From positions 129,356 to 193,355 of the forward strand of contig JARLIE010000183.1 of NCBI GenBank assembly GCA_031291875.1: a stretch of DNA of 64,000 nucleotides. Reading direction: 5' to 3'. Below the pieces are notes generated by a model that had not been told where the DNA came from, searched no databases, and saw only the letters and a list, made by a program, of their open reading frames with translations. Of the stretch, positions 62,034 to 64,000 are shown one piece after another (position 1 is the stretch's first letter; every line of letters starts with the position of its first letter). The stretch comes from Minisyncoccota bacterium. Lineage in GTDB: Bacteria > Patescibacteriota > Minisyncoccia > Phycocordibacterales > UBA2100. The position numbers and the translations under genes are program-made.

Positions 62034-63743
62034 TTACCACGCAGTCGTAAGGCGAAGGAAAAACTGTATGAAAGCCTCAGGTACTGCAAGGACGGCAGCG
62101 GCAAAATCTGGATTTATGAATGAAAGTTTAGTCGATGTCGCGACGATGGTCTGTGTCTGCAATACCTTGCTAGAGGTCGCATACGTCATCACCAGACTCG
62201 CCTTATAGGTACCGACGCGTTGATACGTGTGTGTGGTTGAAAATTGAATGGGCTTGCAGTATTTAGAAGGGAGCGAAATTTTATACGATCCATTGTCGCC
62301 GAACTGCAAAACAAAAATCGCTGGAGTGCAGGATTTTACGGTATTCACTGCGCCAGTAACATGCACTTGAAGCGGTGCGGGTCCTGCTTGCGGCACTACG
62401 TTAAAGTAATCAATCAAGGTACTCGAGGCACTCGCGACGACGGTAGTTGTGGCGTTCGACGTCGACGCGGCAGCGAGAGTGTCGGGTATGGAAATACTTG
62501 TGGAGCCTAAACTACTAGAATCAGTACTTTGAATACTCTGCACAATCGGCGGAAGTGGGAGGAGCGGAACATTTGTCCTAGTCATATGTACGTTGGTACC
62601 GAACCCCGAAAAACTAGCGCCACTTACCCAATCTGCATCTGACGTTGCGGATGACCCAAATGTGTTTGGTGACCAAATCAAATGTGCGCCCGCTCCGGCA
62701 AGATCAGTGAACGTCTGCGCATCGTTCGCGAAGCTGTCTCCAAGGAGAGTAGTGGTTACGGCATAGCGAGTATCCGAAGGCACGACTGTGCCGTCGAGCT
62801 CGAAGAAGTATGCTTTGCCTTTTGGAATCACGATTGGCGTGTCTGGTACGATCCGAAGCGTGCCCGAGCTCGCGTCGAGCGGTGCGTCGTTTACTAAGTT
62901 CCCGAGCGCGGAAGTGGTCGCGGCGATGGTATATGCCGGGTCCATATATGCGTACAAATTGACGTTGCTTACATCAACGCTGGTCGTCGCTATCGCGAAA
63001 GAGATTTGCGCGATCGATATATCATTTTGGGAACCTGCATATATTCCAAACCGCATGAGGCGGCCGTCTGCTACGTCTGAGACAGGAAGTGAAGCGGTAT
63101 CAGGCAACATCCTCGGCAGTGACGGTATGCCGATAGCGGCGGTTCCTGTCGCGAGAACGACGCCTTCGGTTGAAAGCAAGGTTTGATAGGTTCCAACCGA
63201 GAGTGTAGGGGCAGTAACCGACCACCTACCCTCTAGAGTGGGGACATGATCGTCTTGAAATACAACTTCACCTAAGGTGTCTCGAATGCTCAAAGAAAGA
63301 GGTGTTGCGAGGTTCACCGCAGTTCCTGAAAACGTTGGCGCAGCTGACAGTGACAGGAAGGCCGGCGTATCAAAACTGGCCGTAACGTCAATCAGGCAGG
63401 TTGCGACTATCGCCGCGCTTGTAGACGCGGTCATCGTTCCGGTCGAAACCACTCCGTTCTCCGCTTGGAATCTCTCAAGTGCAGTTGCTGTTTTTTGACC
63501 GAAATAACCGGTGATCATGACCGGTGTGTCCGTGCTCATACTCGAAAGGAATTGCTGAAGCTTAGAAACTTCGCCTTCGGTAGTTTGATCGCTTGCTCCG
63601 AGGCTCAGCGGATGCACCAGCTGCGGACACGATGAAGTACTGGACGCCTGTGCTACTACGGGAACCGAAGCAATGAGCATACATCCGAGCGCCCCCCACT
63701 CGTGTCGTTTCATACGCGGAAGTATACCTCGCAACTCAAGCAA
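62034..63743 (-). CDS. Cell-surface protein: signal peptide, peptidoglycan-binding domain, C-terminal PKD-like domain
   Basis: LSLGASDQTTEGEVSKLQQFLSSMS...TGYFGQKTATALERFQAENGV; LQFGDNGSY...HTYQRVGTYKASL. Confidence 0.75.
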   Translation of the reverse strand: MLELRGILPRMKRHEWGALGCMLIASVPVVAQASSTSSCPQLVHPLSLGASDQTTEGEVSKLQQFLSSMSTDTPVMITGYFGQKTATALERFQAENGVVSTGTMTASTSAAIVATCLIDVTASFDTPAFLSLSAAPTFSGTAVNLATPLSLSIRDTLGEVVFQDDHVPTLEGRWSVTAPTLSVGTYQTLLSTEGVVLATGTAAIGIPSLPRMLPDTASLPVSDVADGRLMRFGIYAGSQNDISIAQISFAIATTSVDVSNVNLYAYMDPAYTIAATTSALGNLVNDAPLDASSGTLRIVPDTPIVIPKGKAYFFELDGTVVPSDTRYAVTTTLLGDSFANDAQTFTDLAGAGAHLIWSPNTFGSSATSDADWVSGASFSGFGTNVHMTRTNVPLLPLPPIVQSIQSTDSSSLGSTSISIPDTLAAASTSNATTTVVASASSTLIDYFNVVPQAGPAPLQVHVTGAVNTVKSCTPAIFVLQFGDNGSYKISLPSKYCKPIQFSTTHTYQRVGTYKASLVMTYATSSKVLQTQTIVATSTKLSFINPDFAAAVLAVPEAFIQFFLRLTTAW

Positions 63744-63787
63744 AAAACCACCCGAAGGTGGTCTTTTGTTTAAAAAGCTACTCGAGA

Positions 63788-64000
63788 TTAGCGACCTGCT
63801 ACTGCCGTCGCCACCGAAGTGATCGAAGCAAAGGCAGACTTTGCAGCCGTGAATCCTGCTGCAAGTTGAGATTCAGCTTGTCGCACGTTGGTAGCGGTCG
63901 GAGTTTGCAAAGCCGATGTGGCTTTGGCATCCGCCGAGCTGGCAAGCAAGTACTGCGAAGAAGCGCCCTGCAAAGCAGTATTCAACGTATTTGTCGTAAC
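63788..64000 (-). CDS. Ala/Ser/Thr-rich protein, C-terminal fragment (gene continues beyond the window end)
   Basis: Open minus-strand frame ending ...SVATAVAGR at 63788; the upstream part lies outside the window. Confidence 0.4.
   Translation of the reverse strand, partial: VTTNTLNTALQGASSQYLLASSADAKATSALQTPTATNVRQAESQLAAGFTAAKSAFASITSVATAVAGR

Noticed and set aside
1-64000. CRISPR arrays, tRNA/rRNA genes, transposases or integrases
   Set aside because: No direct-repeat/spacer arrays and no cloverleaf-compatible segments were found in intergenic regions; no DDE transposase or tyrosine-recombinase motifs among the ORFs.

Overview
High-GC, gene-dense bacterial chromosomal window (about 65 protein-coding genes; no rRNA, tRNA, CRISPR or transposase seen). 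Housekeeping genes: groES-groEL, secG, RNase J, ddl-murF, SAM-riboswitch-controlled metK, glmS, typA, msrB, rocD-like aminotransferase, lexA plus a Y-family polymerase. Most of the remainder is cell-envelope and accessory content: a >1360-aa secreted low-complexity protein ending in an RlpA-like DPBB domain (runs off the left edge); three paralogous peptidoglycan-binding/PKD(/IPT) surface proteins; two sortases; a GH18 protein with a PG-binding tail; a coiled-coil/C39-peptidase PcsB-like protein; a membrane-anchored family-5 SBP; PadR-PspC; a TMEM175-like channel. An ECF sigma/anti-sigma pair heads a flavin-trafficking module (FMN-binding protein, ApbE, NqrB/RnfD-like membrane domain fused to an FNR domain) next to a YHYH protein. 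Notable points: a recurring leaderless promoter architecture (TATACT, 6 nt, ATG) at five gene starts, with a TAAACT variant at a sixth and N8 variants at two more; both HhH-GPD glycosylases (MutY-like, Nth-like) lack the [4Fe-4S] cysteine ligands, and the MutY-like gene is split from a separate NUDIX gene; MurF carries an N-terminal membrane anchor; a 140-bp near-perfect palindrome sits in the lexA / Y-family-polymerase spacer; a Cheo-type LexA box lies inside the lexA promoter spacer; several small ORFs absent from the ORF track have their own terminators. Long antisense ORFs opposite real genes are treated as high-GC artefacts. Coordinates of hand-located motifs may be off by 1-2 nt.
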